Assembly (NCBI GenBank): GCA_963816355.1
Contig: CAWFKH010000004.1
Location: 224,001 to 288,000, forward strand
DNA length: 64,000 bases
Direction: 5' to 3'
Origin: an uncultured Gemmatimonadales bacterium
GTDB taxonomy: Bacteria > Gemmatimonadota > Gemmatimonadetes > Longimicrobiales > RSA9
The notes under the pieces were generated by a model. It was not told the origin of the DNA and ran no database searches. It was given only the letters and a program-made list of their open reading frames with translations. Positions 63,605 through 64,000 of the stretch are shown here, piece after piece; the stretch's first letter is position 1; each line of letters starts with the position of its first letter. The position numbers were made by a program, and so were the translations under genes.

Positions 63605-64000
63605 CTATATACCGGGCGGGGCGGCCCGCTGTCCAGCGGCCGCGGCCGCGAGGGGCGCCCGGCGCCCGGGCGGCGCGGCCCGCGCGCGGCCCGGCGGCGC
63701 GCCGCGGAGGCGCGCGTCCTGTCCGCGGACCGCGGCGGCCTCCGGGCTGGCGCACGCGGCGTTGGCGCGGGTGGCGGCGTCCGCGTCGGAGACACATGGG
63801 GTCGCCGGGCGCGGGCCGGCGGCGGAGGCGTTCGGAGCGAGCGGAGCGGCGCCGGCGGCGGTGCTGTCACGAGAGATTCCGACGTCCACCGTGTACACCG
63901 CGCTGAGCACGCCCGCGGCGTCCGTCGCCGTGACGCGGATCGTGGCGGCGCCCTGCGACACGCTATCCGGGACGGCGATGGCGAAGTCGCGGGTCACATC
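63605..64000 (-). CDS. 3' end of a hypothetical protein, possibly Ig-like, with low-complexity tail (truncated by window end)
   Basis: FAIAVPDSV...TIRVTATDAAG beta-sandwich-like pattern; frame open to the window edge. Confidence 0.55.
   Translation of the reverse strand, partial: DVTRDFAIAVPDSVSQGAATIRVTATDAAGVLSAVYTVDVGISRDSTAAGAAPLAPNASAAGPRPATPCVSDADAATRANAACASPEAAAVRGQDARLRGAPPGRARAAPPGRRAPLAAAAAGQRAAPPGI

Overview
A very GC-rich, gene-dense bacterial core-genome window. Gene content and order suggest a diderm such as Gemmatimonadota (inference only; classify the 23S gene to test it). It carries PBP1A, a ytxH-otsA-pdp cluster and a DivK-like/REC-GGDEF-ligA-V4R-ruvX-mltG-thiE operon. It also has a 23S-5S rRNA unit with no 16S gene, a complete F1Fo atp operon, nucleoside salvage genes (nupC-PNP-xapX), a solo dnaK, an HtrA protease, tRNA-Leu-tig-clpP-clpX-engB, and aroC-aroK-topA-trmFO-xerC-hslVU-argF-gcvT-mogA ending in a sigma54 activator. 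I found no prophage, IS, CRISPR or defence system, and no clearly new multi-gene system. The best leads are regulatory and architectural. (1) The unlinked 23S-5S unit has its own tandem promoters and processing stem, and sits beside RlmI-like and RNase AM-like genes. (2) Five well-placed sigma54-type promoters precede stress, envelope and signalling genes, including dnaK. (3) A Rex-like operator covers the atp promoter. (4) ThiO carries a C-terminal zinc finger with a possible internal start. (5) An XapX microprotein is missing from the ORF track. (6) The rhomboid gene is frameshifted. (7) Short tandem duplications and a REP-like element recur. All calls come from motif reading by eye; no searches were run.
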